Notes: generated by a model not told the origin, from the letters alone. A stretch of 64,000 nucleotides of DNA from Candidatus Gottesmanbacteria bacterium GW2011_GWA2_43_14 (GCA_000999095.1 LCFP01000002.1:69736-133735), one strand, 5' to 3'; counted from the first letter of the stretch, positions 46,049 to 55,023 are shown. A program made the numbers and translations.

Positions 46049-47325
46049 TGACGTACTCCCGAATATTAAATCTTCTGATAAAAAAAAAACAGATAATAGT
46101 CAGTGCTGAAGGCGGCAGCATGCTGCCCGTACTTCATCCCGGTGATGTGCTGTATCTGACGAAAACCAATTTCTCAAAAGTCAATGAAGGGGAAATCATT
46201 TTTGCCAAAAAAAAAGGTAAATTTTTCATCCACAGGATAATTTATAAAGGGAAGAATTATCTTATCACCAAAGGAGACGCAAACCGTGTTTCAGACGGTA
46301 AAATTGCACCGGGTCAAATTTTTGCCAAACTGATTAAACTGAAAAGGCAAGGCCGGATTCTTTCTCCGGAATACTATAACCTCATCCAGTCCACCTATTA
46401 CATCAGGGAAATAAACCGTGTAATAAAGGCTTTTAAACGCCATCAGCTTGATTATGTGTTCCTAAAAGGTTTACCCCTTTATCTTTATCTTCAGAAGATG
46501 ATCCCATTGCGTTTCTATGCAGATTGTGATCTTTTGATCGCCCGGAAGGATTACCGGAAGGCAGCCTTTCTTTTGGAAAAAATAGGATTTAAATTCAATG
46601 ACCGGTCATTTTCCGGCCTCCATCGTCTGCTTAAAAAAAAACCGACCGAATATATGTTTATCAAGAAAAAAGGGGTTTTCCCGGTAGTTCTGGATATCCA
46701 CTTGGAACCGGTATTTTTAATGAACCAGTTAAGCGGGCTGGATTGCTTATATCCCCAACTTTACCTCGATAAATTATCCTCGGATTTTCTTAAAAAAAAG
46801 CAAGACGCCGTCATCAACAACAGTATGTTCAGACTGCTGTCTTCCTCTCATCAAATCATTTATCTTGCCCTTCATTTTTTCCATCACAATTTCAGGGGTT
46901 TTCACAGATTACAGCTTCTCCGGGATTCAGTTCAACATTATTCGGGACCATGGGAGAAACCGGCTGAAATGATTAAAAAATACAAGCTGGATAATTTCGT
47001 TTACCCTGCATTTGCGGCCGTTAAGCGCTTCTACCCGGGGACATTAACCGGCAAATACCTGACTGCTATAACTCCTTCGGCCGCAGTCTTAGATAAAACA
47101 AAAGCAATATTGAAGGATATTGAACTTTCTTCTGAAGAAAGCCAACTGAAAGAGGGAATCGAGAGGTTTATGAATATATTTCTGTTTTCCCCTCAGCCGA
47201 ATTTAAAAAAAATATCCGTATTCCTCAATCCGCAGGTTCTATATTCAATTTTATTCACAGTTTTTGAACAGCTGCAACATATTGACCGGTTGATATTTCT
47301 TAAGAAAAAATCCGCCGAATCGTAA
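46048..47325 (+). CDS. Fusion protein: an N-terminal SipW/Sec11-type (S26B) signal-peptidase-like domain without a TM anchor, plus a C-terminal PF14907-like nucleotidyltransferase domain.
   Basis: S26B motifs GGSMLPVLHPGDVLYL (Ser), FIHRIIY (His), ITKGDANRVSDG (Asp). The nucleotidyltransferase pattern FLKGLPLYLYLQKMIPLRFYADCDLLIARKDY..AAFLLEKIGF matches (hKG..Y...R...DxDLLV...A..LL...GF). TAATG-coupled to the upstream GT4. Confidence 0.55.
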   Translation: MTYSRILNLLIKKKQIIVSAEGGSMLPVLHPGDVLYLTKTNFSKVNEGEIIFAKKKGKFFIHRIIYKGKNYLITKGDANRVSDGKIAPGQIFAKLIKLKRQGRILSPEYYNLIQSTYYIREINRVIKAFKRHQLDYVFLKGLPLYLYLQKMIPLRFYADCDLLIARKDYRKAAFLLEKIGFKFNDRSFSGLHRLLKKKPTEYMFIKKKGVFPVVLDIHLEPVFLMNQLSGLDCLYPQLYLDKLSSDFLKKKQDAVINNSMFRLLSSSHQIIYLALHFFHHNFRGFHRLQLLRDSVQHYSGPWEKPAEMIKKYKLDNFVYPAFAAVKRFYPGTLTGKYLTAITPSAAVLDKTKAILKDIELSSEESQLKEGIERFMNIFLFSPQPNLKKISVFLNPQVLYSILFTVFEQLQHIDRLIFLKKKSAES

Positions 47326-47373
47326 TTGACGGGCAATGATTTATAGCCTATTCTGAGAGTAGTATGTATTAAT

Positions 47374-47934
47374 ATGGCTAAACTACTGAAAACAGCCTTT
47401 GTTATTCTATTGGTCATAAGTTTTATTGAGGTTTTTTATTATTTATTTTACTTGAATTCCTTTAAACTGCTGTTCTCCAAACCGGATACAGCTGATATCA
47501 GCGGGAAACAGGCTGTTAATGAAACGGAGCCTCCTGGTACTCCGGCTATATCGGTCACTCCTGCCGTTCATCCCGATGTATTAGAACGGCTGCGTAATTA
47601 TAAGTATGATCCCAAATCGAAAATGTCGATTAAAACTGAATTACAAACAGAGATAAAAGACATCGATTATGACGGCAGGCAAAGTGGAGGGGATTTTTAC
47701 CCGTTTGCCTTAAAAATCGTCACTACCTCCGGAAGAGATTTTTGGATGTACTTTCCTAATTTCTTATATCAAAAGGTAAAAGTCTACTCGAAAACTGACG
47801 GAGTAGATCAACCGCTGAAGCCTGGGGATCTAAAAATCGGGGATACTGTCCTGCTGGTAGAAACATATAATCCTCGTTTTGCTCCTGATAATCCTGAACA
47901 GGTTATTAGTTATGAAATATTCAGGATTCAATAG
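47374..47934 (+). CDS. Hypothetical membrane-anchored protein
   Basis: N-terminal TM (AFVILLVISFIEVFYYLF) and a Pro/Thr linker. No motif recognised. Confidence 0.35.
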   Translation: MAKLLKTAFVILLVISFIEVFYYLFYLNSFKLLFSKPDTADISGKQAVNETEPPGTPAISVTPAVHPDVLERLRNYKYDPKSKMSIKTELQTEIKDIDYDGRQSGGDFYPFALKIVTTSGRDFWMYFPNFLYQKVKVYSKTDGVDQPLKPGDLKIGDTVLLVETYNPRFAPDNPEQVISYEIFRIQ

Positions 47935-47939
47935 CCCAT

Positions 47940-48131
47940 ATGCCTCACAGTCGTAAAAGAAGTTCGTCTAAAAAATATAGTAGACCAAAATTAACCCTTT
48001 CCAAAGTAAAATTAAATCTGTTTTCATTTCCTTTGGAATATTTTCCGGATGAGGATTTTTTTTTAAATTCGGTTAATGCAGCAGTTTATTGTCCTGGTTT
48101 TTGTGATCCGGAAGCCTGCAATAAATGCTGA
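47940..48131 (+). CDS. Candidate 63-aa Lys/Arg-rich, C-terminally Cys-rich peptide (putative modified-peptide precursor), paralogous to the N-terminal part of 22101..22595.
   Basis: MPHSRKRSSSKKYSRPKLTLSKVKLNLFSFPLEYFPDEDFFLNSVNAAVYCPGFCDPEACNKC aligns to KKKYPIYRKPAIKSVKIKLNMFFNLYDEY..FNFIPEVNGELLACCGTCFSC. It overlaps the convergent HprK-like gene 3' end by 46 nt and contains a T9 run, so a spurious ORF cannot be excluded. Confidence 0.4.
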   Translation: MPHSRKRSSSKKYSRPKLTLSKVKLNLFSFPLEYFPDEDFFLNSVNAAVYCPGFCDPEACNKC

Positions 48132-48934
48132 TTCCCTTTCAAAAATAAATCCCATAGTTTTTGCCTATCAAGTCCCGAATGGAGGTCAAAAAATGTGTCA
48201 TTTTTATCAATAAAATCCAGCAAGTATTTCATCTGCTTTCCGGTATGACCGCTGTCCGTGAAAAAAACCCTGATCAATTTTTTCAGGACAAGCTGTTTGT
48301 CTTTTATTTTTTTAGACCGGTAATTCATGTCCTTGTGTAGAAAAAATAATTTACCCATTTTATAACGCCTGACGGATTTCCCGACCCATGCCTGTTTATC
48401 AATCATCGGAGCCTGATATAGAAAATAGTTATTTTTTTCTTTTTTGATTATAAGCGTATCATCTGCCAGCGGAAGACATTTTTCAGCCAGAAGGCGAAGG
48501 ATGGTGGATTTCCCCGCTCCTGATTTTCCCAAGAAAATATGAGCCTGATCATCAATATAAACAGCGGAACCGTGGAATATAAACCCTTTGTTCTCTGCCA
48601 GTAAATTCTGCAGAATAGTCCTTATGATGATGATAAGCTGCACAATTCCTATATGATAAAATGAAATTGCGGTATTCTTCCCTTTATTTTCATAAAAATT
48701 AATAAAGTGCTTGTTGCTTTTCTTTTCGCTTAAGACATCCATACCCAATCTGTCAATAAAATGTACGGTGGCATCCACGTGGATGTAGGTTTTTTTGACT
48801 ATAAAACCTCCCAGGGAAAATTCAACCTCTTTTATCAGATGATGCCGGGTGGAAGGCCAGTCTGTCGGATGGAAAACGAGTCTGAAGGTAAAGCCTGCAA
48901 TTTTAAGATAAACGGAGGAGTTTGACTGTTTCAT
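48086..48934 (-). CDS. HPr-kinase/phosphorylase-C-domain-like P-loop protein (putative peptide kinase)
   Basis: GFIFHGSAVYIDDQAHIFLGKSGAGKSTILRLLAEKCLPLADDTLII matches the Hpr_kinase_C Walker-A region. Coupled by a 4-nt overlap to the PqqD-like gene. Confidence 0.6.
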   Translation of the reverse strand: MKQSNSSVYLKIAGFTFRLVFHPTDWPSTRHHLIKEVEFSLGGFIVKKTYIHVDATVHFIDRLGMDVLSEKKSNKHFINFYENKGKNTAISFYHIGIVQLIIIIRTILQNLLAENKGFIFHGSAVYIDDQAHIFLGKSGAGKSTILRLLAEKCLPLADDTLIIKKEKNNYFLYQAPMIDKQAWVGKSVRRYKMGKLFFLHKDMNYRSKKIKDKQLVLKKLIRVFFTDSGHTGKQMKYLLDFIDKNDTFFDLHSGLDRQKLWDLFLKGNQHLLQASGSQKPGQ

Positions 48935-49248
48935 CCATGATCGGCTTTATTTCCTATACTGATGATGTTTTCTTTGGCTAATACTTTTAAAAAGTCATCG
49001 ACATCCCGTTTGGCCGTATCGTTATTCAAGCCGTATTCCGACTTAAGAAATAAAGTTATTTCTTCCTTTCCTTCCCCCTTTAACAGTCTTTTAAATATTT
49101 CCGAGGCGGTTTCATTCAGAGTTATCAGCAGGGATTTTTCTCCGTCAAAGATCATCGTCTTTTTGCCCAACTTCCTGCTTACGAATCCCTTGTTGACAGT
49201 GATTTTTTTCATGACTTTTCCTCGACTGATGTGATGAGCCCATCCCAT
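48931..49248 (-). CDS. PqqD-family protein (RiPP recognition element-like)
   Basis: ~105 aa; KKTMIFDGEKSLLITLNETASEIFKRLLKGEGKEEITLFLKSEYGL..AKRDVDDFLKVLAKENII follows the PqqD pattern (beta-strands then helices; ..L.D.E.G.YY.LN..A..IW.LL.G..T..EI...L...Y.V..E.A..DV..FL..L...GLI). Confidence 0.6.
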   Translation of the reverse strand: MGWAHHISRGKVMKKITVNKGFVSRKLGKKTMIFDGEKSLLITLNETASEIFKRLLKGEGKEEITLFLKSEYGLNNDTAKRDVDDFLKVLAKENIISIGNKADHG

Positions 49249-49976
49249 AAGATGACGTTTTTGAAAAATAAATTAATATTTTCTCCTGTTTTTATTTTGC
49301 TGATCTCGGTGAAATAATCAATACCGTAGATATCTTTTGCCGTCACCTCAACCGATATCTCCACATTGCTTCTGGCCTCAGTATTAAGGGTAGTCGGCAC
49401 AAGGTTGACGCTGATAATTTTTGCCATGACCTCACCCTTGTTATTGAGCATGACGTCATTGGGTTTAAATTCCTTGGCAATAAACGGCAGCTCATTGTCT
49501 TTAGCAACAGTCAGCAAAACCTGTTTTTTCTTGAATTTCGAGGGTTTCAAAGAAAGATAGGTGATAAAGCCCCGGTGTTTGAATTTACCGAAATTAAAAT
49601 TTACCCATTTGTTTAATTCAAGTGACTGGCCTTTATAAAAATAATTATCCTCCCTGTCTTTCTGGACAAAAAGCTTCAGCTCAAGTACCAGGTGCTTTCC
49701 ATGGCTGCCTCCCTCATATGATTCCACCTCAATTACTTCGGCTGTGGTACCGCCAAAAGCGGATTTTTCTTTGTTGCCCTTTTCAACCTGGTTTGCCACC
49801 CAGTAAGGGACGGCTACTTTTAAATCATCGCTTTCGGAAAATATTGCCCGGCCGTATAGTACTATACCGCTGCGGGATTTATTATAGAAAAAATAAATTA
49901 CAAACAGGGCAAAAACAAGAATCAACAGGCTGAAGAGATTATAGCGGGTCATAAGTGAAAAATTTTTAAGTTTCAT
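49209..49976 (-). CDS. Hypothetical membrane-anchored protein
   Basis: N-terminal TM (LFSLLILVFALFVIYFF). No motif recognised. Overlaps the PqqD-like gene start by 40 nt. Confidence 0.35.
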   Translation of the reverse strand: MKLKNFSLMTRYNLFSLLILVFALFVIYFFYNKSRSGIVLYGRAIFSESDDLKVAVPYWVANQVEKGNKEKSAFGGTTAEVIEVESYEGGSHGKHLVLELKLFVQKDREDNYFYKGQSLELNKWVNFNFGKFKHRGFITYLSLKPSKFKKKQVLLTVAKDNELPFIAKEFKPNDVMLNNKGEVMAKIISVNLVPTTLNTEARSNVEISVEVTAKDIYGIDYFTEISKIKTGENINLFFKNVILWDGLITSVEEKS

Positions 49977-51405
49977 ACTGCGGCTTATTGTATACCAAGA
50001 GCATTACTATAAGCAAAAAAAGGGTTTTCATCTGTCCTGTATGGAAAAAGGGGTTGACGTAGGAAATAACGATAAGTCCCAATAAACCCGCGTAGACTGC
50101 CAGTCCGATATCATCCGTCTCTGTTCTCTTCTGCATGTTTCTGACGACCGAACCCAGAAAAAGCAGAAACAGCAGAAGGCCGGGCAGTCCGGTTTCCGAG
50201 GCGATTTCCAGAAAAGTATTATGGATTTTATAAAATGCCCCCGGCTGTTCACTTTCAAAAATATTGGTCACGGGGTATAGGGCGTAAGTCTCAAGCGACC
50301 TGTTGAGTCCTGTGCCGAAAATATAATTCTTACTTATTAAATTAAAGGCCTCGATATCCAGTTTGACCCTGATTCCCATTGAACCGAATTCATCCAGGGA
50401 AACCGGGCTTGTATTGACTCGGGAGAAAAAATACGGTGACAGGATATAAAGTGAAAAAAATAAGGCTACTGCGGAAATCAGAACTTTTTTGTTCAGCCAG
50501 GCTTTTTTCTTAAACCAATAATAATTCCGGGAAAAAGGGCTTATCGGTATTAACAATAAATAAACGGTGATCAGCACAATCCAGGCAATCCGGCTGAAAG
50601 TAAATATCAAAACAAGCAATACCATGATTTTGGCCAAAGTCATCCACTGACTTTTATGCGGGTAATGAAGAAGCAGGGGGAAGACCGAGAGCAGAAAAGC
50701 GGCGAAAGCATTCGGATGTCCGAATGCCGCTGTGACCCTGAAAAGATTTATATTTTCGACAGCTGTGATTCCCGCCGGATTATAAAAAAGAACCGATTCC
50801 AATACCAGTCCGAGCGGATGCCTGAAAAAAAATTGAAGCAAGGCGATAAGGGATTGAAAAAGAAGCATAAAAATAAGCAGAATCCGGACTTGGGGTAAGT
50901 CTTTTTCGCTTAAATTCAGCCTGAGCAAATAATAGAGGGCAGCCATTTCAAACAACTGGATAAGTCCGATAAAGGAATTGTGGCTTATATTGACGTAAAA
51001 TGAGATGCCGGACCAGACAAAAAAGGCAAACAAAGCCAAATCAGCCGTCTCAAATTTTCGCAGCCTTTTTTTATATGAAACCAAAGCCAGAAACGGCACA
51101 AACACCGTCAGCGAAGAAATCCACCAGCCTGAACCCATGTTCAGGCTGGCAGGCTCCAGCCTGAAAAAAGCCGCACCCAGGCTGATATCTGAAAATATAG
51201 CCAGGATGACAACAAATACTAATGCTTTGGCAATGCTTTTAAAATAATTCAGAAAAATAAAATAGGTTAAAAAGAATGAAAAAAAATAGAAAGGCTTATT
51301 GGGGGCCAAAAAGAGAAGGAGGAAATGCAATGACAGACCAAAAATAAACAAATTTACATCCACCCCTGAAAACCTCTTCAACTGCTTTTTAATGATTCCG
51401 GACAT
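49966..51405 (-). CDS. O-antigen ligase/polymerase-like (Wzy_C family) polytopic membrane protein
   Basis: About 10-12 TM helices with a periplasmic loop; general Wzy/WaaL architecture. Confidence 0.5.
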   Translation of the reverse strand: MSGIIKKQLKRFSGVDVNLFIFGLSLHFLLLFLAPNKPFYFFSFFLTYFIFLNYFKSIAKALVFVVILAIFSDISLGAAFFRLEPASLNMGSGWWISSLTVFVPFLALVSYKKRLRKFETADLALFAFFVWSGISFYVNISHNSFIGLIQLFEMAALYYLLRLNLSEKDLPQVRILLIFMLLFQSLIALLQFFFRHPLGLVLESVLFYNPAGITAVENINLFRVTAAFGHPNAFAAFLLSVFPLLLHYPHKSQWMTLAKIMVLLVLIFTFSRIAWIVLITVYLLLIPISPFSRNYYWFKKKAWLNKKVLISAVALFFSLYILSPYFFSRVNTSPVSLDEFGSMGIRVKLDIEAFNLISKNYIFGTGLNRSLETYALYPVTNIFESEQPGAFYKIHNTFLEIASETGLPGLLLFLLFLGSVVRNMQKRTETDDIGLAVYAGLLGLIVISYVNPFFHTGQMKTLFLLIVMLLVYNKPQYET

Positions 51406-51406
51406 C

Positions 51407-53248
51407 TCAGAGTATATTTAGCTGACCAAGCCATTTTTTAAAACACAAAAGAGACCATATCAGATAAGCATGGTCATTAATGCCTTCTGCATGTTCCTTT
51501 AATACTTTATTAATATAGGACATGTCGAACAAATCGGATCCGCTTAATACGCCGTCAAAAAATTCATCCCTGACCTGCTTTTCATACTTACCTCTGAACC
51601 AGGAAGCCAAAGGCGGTAAAAAACCGTGCTTTTGCCTGATGGGCAAACCGGGAAATTTCCGGGCGATAATTTTACGCATGATATATTTACGCTGCAGGCC
51701 GTTAATTTTTAAACGGTCAGGCAGCTGGGCAGACAACTCAAAGAGTGTATGGTCGAGAAGGGGAGAACGCACTTCCAGGGAATGTGCCATGGAAGCAATA
51801 TCCACTTTGGGCAGCAGGTAATCAGCTAAATAGGATTTCCTGTCATAAGCCAGGACGTCGTCCAAAGAATTTAATTGCATCTTCTGAAAATGTTTTCGAT
51901 TTTTTTTAAGCAGCAGGCCGACTTCCTTTTCCCCTGTCAGAGCTGAAGCTGATAAATAAGCATTTACACGATCTTTCCCCAATGCCGGCAGGTATTTTCC
52001 GCTGACAACAGACAGGGACCTGATTTTCAATATCCGGTAAAAAATCTTTAAAAGAGATACTGCTTCTTTTTGCCAGGGCAGACTATTTAACTGACGATGG
52101 TATTTCCAGAATAAATAACGCGGGTATCCGGCAAAATTTTCATCACCGCCGTCTCCGTTTATAGCTACCCTGACCATTTTACCCGTCTTCTTCATTAACA
52201 TCCAGGTGGGCAGCATTGACGGATCGGCAAAAGGTTCTTCATAACTTTTAACAATATCTCCCAGGAATTTAAGACTGTTTTCTCTCACGGTCAATTCATG
52301 ATGTGAACTGCCGATGGCAGCGGCAATATTTCTGGCATACGGCAATTCGTTATATTCATTTTCAGCAAAACCGACGGAGAATGTGTTGATTTTTTTGCCT
52401 GAAACGGAGGCGGCAATGGCACAGACCAGGCTGGAATCCATGCCTCCAGATAAATGAAAACCCAGAGGTACATCACTCTCCAGTCTGATTTTCACACATT
52501 CAACCAGTTTATCGGACAGGATTTCTATCCATTCATTTTCAGATAAGTTAAGTTTGTGCGAATAGTCAATATCCCAATATTTGTGCAATGATTGTTTTCC
52601 CGAAGAAGAAACAACCAAATAATGGGCAGGAGGCAATTTAAAAATATTTTTATAACCGGTCTGCGGTGATTTTACATATCCGTTGGTAAAATATTCCTGT
52701 AAAACCGTTTCATCAAAGATGCTTGGGATACCCGGCTGGGAGATAAGGGCTTTCAGCTCTGAAGCGAAAGCAAAAAAATTGTCGTCAAAATAATATTTCA
52801 GAGGCTTTTTTCCCAGTCTGTCCCTGGCCAGAAAAAGTTTATTCAACCTCCCGTCCCAGACCACAAAGGCAAACATGCCCCTTAAAAAGGCCAAGCACTT
52901 TATCCCGTAATGAAGATACATGGCCAAGAGTACCTCGCTGTCACCTCTCGATTTAAAACTGTACTTATTTTTAAGCTTCTCCCTTAAATTTCTGTAGTTG
53001 TATATTTCGCCGTTAAAAACCAAAACCACTTTGCCGTCGGGTGAAATCATCGGCTGATGACCGGCAGCTGACAAATCAAGGATGGCCAGTCTCGTGGAAA
53101 CCAGCCAAATTTTCGCTGATAAAAATGATCCGGCATCATCAGGTCCCCGGTGATGTAATTTGCTCAGGACGGAGCGGATAGCGGATTTTTCAGCTTGAGA
53201 GTTTACTTCCCTGGTCTTAAAATAAAGTTTACCGGCAATACCGCACAT
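51407..53248 (-). CDS. asnB: Asparagine synthetase B-family glutamine amidotransferase
   Basis: N-terminal nucleophile MCGIAG, PP-loop SGGMDSS, about 612 aa. Start set at the MCGI ATG (53248), not the extended track start. Confidence 0.85.
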   Translation of the reverse strand: MCGIAGKLYFKTREVNSQAEKSAIRSVLSKLHHRGPDDAGSFLSAKIWLVSTRLAILDLSAAGHQPMISPDGKVVLVFNGEIYNYRNLREKLKNKYSFKSRGDSEVLLAMYLHYGIKCLAFLRGMFAFVVWDGRLNKLFLARDRLGKKPLKYYFDDNFFAFASELKALISQPGIPSIFDETVLQEYFTNGYVKSPQTGYKNIFKLPPAHYLVVSSSGKQSLHKYWDIDYSHKLNLSENEWIEILSDKLVECVKIRLESDVPLGFHLSGGMDSSLVCAIAASVSGKKINTFSVGFAENEYNELPYARNIAAAIGSSHHELTVRENSLKFLGDIVKSYEEPFADPSMLPTWMLMKKTGKMVRVAINGDGGDENFAGYPRYLFWKYHRQLNSLPWQKEAVSLLKIFYRILKIRSLSVVSGKYLPALGKDRVNAYLSASALTGEKEVGLLLKKNRKHFQKMQLNSLDDVLAYDRKSYLADYLLPKVDIASMAHSLEVRSPLLDHTLFELSAQLPDRLKINGLQRKYIMRKIIARKFPGLPIRQKHGFLPPLASWFRGKYEKQVRDEFFDGVLSGSDLFDMSYINKVLKEHAEGINDHAYLIWSLLCFKKWLGQLNIL

Positions 53249-53258
53249 AAAAAAAGTT

Positions 53259-54101
53259 ATGCGATTCTCACCAGCCATTATACTACTGATTTTACCGGTG
53301 GCAGTCACCTATATCTGGTTTTCCGCCGGAGATTATCATACACTCCACCGGGATTATGAGACATTCGCTGACTCGATTAAATACCGGCAACTGCCTAACT
53401 GTACCGATAAAACCGTTTTTACGGACTTGGAAATCGCCTTAAAAGAATCTTCCTCTGTCTGCACACTGTTATTGCCTAATCAGAAATTGTCGGAGGTACC
53501 TGAAGCAATAACGGAACTGGTAAATCTGGAACGTCTGGATTTGCATGAAAACCAACTGACATTTCTTCCTTCGGGACTGGAACGTCTCCGTGCCTTGAAA
53601 ACCCTGGATTTGGGGGCCAACCGCTTCATTGAATTTCCGGAAATATTGGGCATTTTACCGAAATTGGAAACTCTTGAGATTGCCTTCAACGGTCTGACGG
53701 ATATTCCTCCTTTTGTCTCCCGTTTGTATAATCTGAGAATTTTATCATTAAATAATAACCTGTTAACCGGGTTTCCGGCTGCAGTTTCAGGATTGGCTGG
53801 TCTGGAAATTTTAGAACTCGGAAACAACAAAATCACCGTCATAGACAGCTCTATCGGGTTCGCGAACGGCCTTAAAGAATTATATTTATACGGAAATCAT
53901 CTGACCGGATTGCCGGACAATATTAAAAATCTGAAAAATCTGGAAGTACTCAATCTACAGAATAACCGTTTAAGTTCGATTCCTGAAGCGCTTTTTTCGA
54001 TGCCGCAACTCACTGAATTAAATCTAAGGGGAAATAATATTAAGCCTGAATCTATAAATGAATTTCAGAATAAGCTGCCTGAGACTGATCTGATTTTTTG
54101 A
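53259..54101 (+). CDS. Leucine-rich repeat (LRR) protein with N-terminal signal/TM
   Basis: At least 9 consecutive LxxLxLxxNxL repeats (LERLDLHENQLTFLP, LKTLDLGANRFIEFP, LEILELGNNKITVI, ...). Confidence 0.75.
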   Translation: MRFSPAIILLILPVAVTYIWFSAGDYHTLHRDYETFADSIKYRQLPNCTDKTVFTDLEIALKESSSVCTLLLPNQKLSEVPEAITELVNLERLDLHENQLTFLPSGLERLRALKTLDLGANRFIEFPEILGILPKLETLEIAFNGLTDIPPFVSRLYNLRILSLNNNLLTGFPAAVSGLAGLEILELGNNKITVIDSSIGFANGLKELYLYGNHLTGLPDNIKNLKNLEVLNLQNNRLSSIPEALFSMPQLTELNLRGNNIKPESINEFQNKLPETDLIF

Positions 54102-54155
54102 TCCGTTTGTAATCCCACTTGACAAATTTTATTTTATTTCTTTATACTGATTTTA

Positions 54156-55016
54156 ATGTCCGAAAAAAAATACCTAATCCTCACCGTTGTTTTCATTTTC
54201 CTATCAGTTATCGCCGGTATATCCTATGTCTTTATAAAAAACAGTCAACAGCCGCTTCAGCTGGCTGAAAATACGGAAACTGCTGACGGGGCGCAGGCAC
54301 TGGAAAATTGTAACGATGATACGCTTTATGACTGGGACAGCATGGATAAAGCTTTGGAGAAACCGGACTCTGTCTGCAAATTGGATATCAGTAAACATGA
54401 TGTGACTGAAGTTGTAGCTGATGTTTTTCAATTTCCCAATCTTGAAGTACTAATCGCCGAAAACAATTTAATTGAATCCATTCCTGACCAGCTGGAGACT
54501 TTGACGAAGCTTAAAAGCGTTGACCTCAGTAACAATAAACTCCAGGAATTCCCTCCGGTTTTATTGCGAATGCCTAACCTTCAATATTTGGATCTGGGAG
54601 GAAACCAGATAGCTGCTATACCGGCAGGCATCAGCAGTCTGACCAACCTCTATAAACTGGACATGAAAGAAAATCTGATAACCGAAGTACCAGCGGAAAT
54701 CGGTAGCCTGACCAGTTTGGAAACCCTGGAATTAAGCTATAACAACATAAACCTGGTCAGTGCAGATATAGGAAATTTAACAGCTTTGTGGGAATTGTTC
54801 CTGGGGGATAACAGTCTGAGCGCTTTGCCCTCCGAATTAGGTAATTTATCAAATCTTAAAGTATTTTATCTGAGTAATAATCAATTCACTTCGGTTCCAG
54901 AAGTTATCAAAGCCATGAGCGGGCTGGTTGAACTCCATCTGGAAGGCAATCCCTTAAATCAGGATGATGTGTCGGCATTAAAGAATTCCCTGCCCGGTGC
55001 TCAGGTAACCTTCTGA
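54156..55016 (+). CDS. Leucine-rich repeat (LRR) protein, membrane-anchored, paralog of the preceding gene
   Basis: N-terminal TM, then ~9 LRRs (LKSVDLSNNKLQEFP, LQYLDLGGNQIAAIP, ...). Promoter TTGACA-N17-TATACT at 54120-54148, 7 nt upstream of the ATG. Confidence 0.75.
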   Translation: MSEKKYLILTVVFIFLSVIAGISYVFIKNSQQPLQLAENTETADGAQALENCNDDTLYDWDSMDKALEKPDSVCKLDISKHDVTEVVADVFQFPNLEVLIAENNLIESIPDQLETLTKLKSVDLSNNKLQEFPPVLLRMPNLQYLDLGGNQIAAIPAGISSLTNLYKLDMKENLITEVPAEIGSLTSLETLELSYNNINLVSADIGNLTALWELFLGDNSLSALPSELGNLSNLKVFYLSNNQFTSVPEVIKAMSGLVELHLEGNPLNQDDVSALKNSLPGAQVTF

Positions 55017-55023
55017 ACTTTTC

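Noticed and set aside
46048-46400. N-terminal domain of the 425-aa fusion as a LexA/UmuD-type S24 peptidase
   Set aside because: The motif set GGSM … IHRII … TKGDAN fits the Ser/His/Asp S26B (SipW/Sec11) pattern better than the Ser/Lys S24 dyad. S26B is preferred, but an HMM comparison is needed.
51407-53248. AsnB-family protein near the PqqD/HprK locus, considered as a lasso-peptide cyclase (McjC-like).
   Set aside because: It keeps the N-terminal MCGI glutaminase nucleophile and a standard SGGMDSS PP-loop, as in genuine asparagine synthetases/amidotransferases. Lasso cyclases have lost the Cys. No B2 transglutaminase-like protease or ABC exporter is present. It is more likely an amidotransferase of the surrounding glycan cluster.
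53249-53308. Extended asnB start (track 53308).
   Set aside because: It would overlap the divergent LRR gene. Class II amidotransferases begin Met-Cys, so the start is at 53248.
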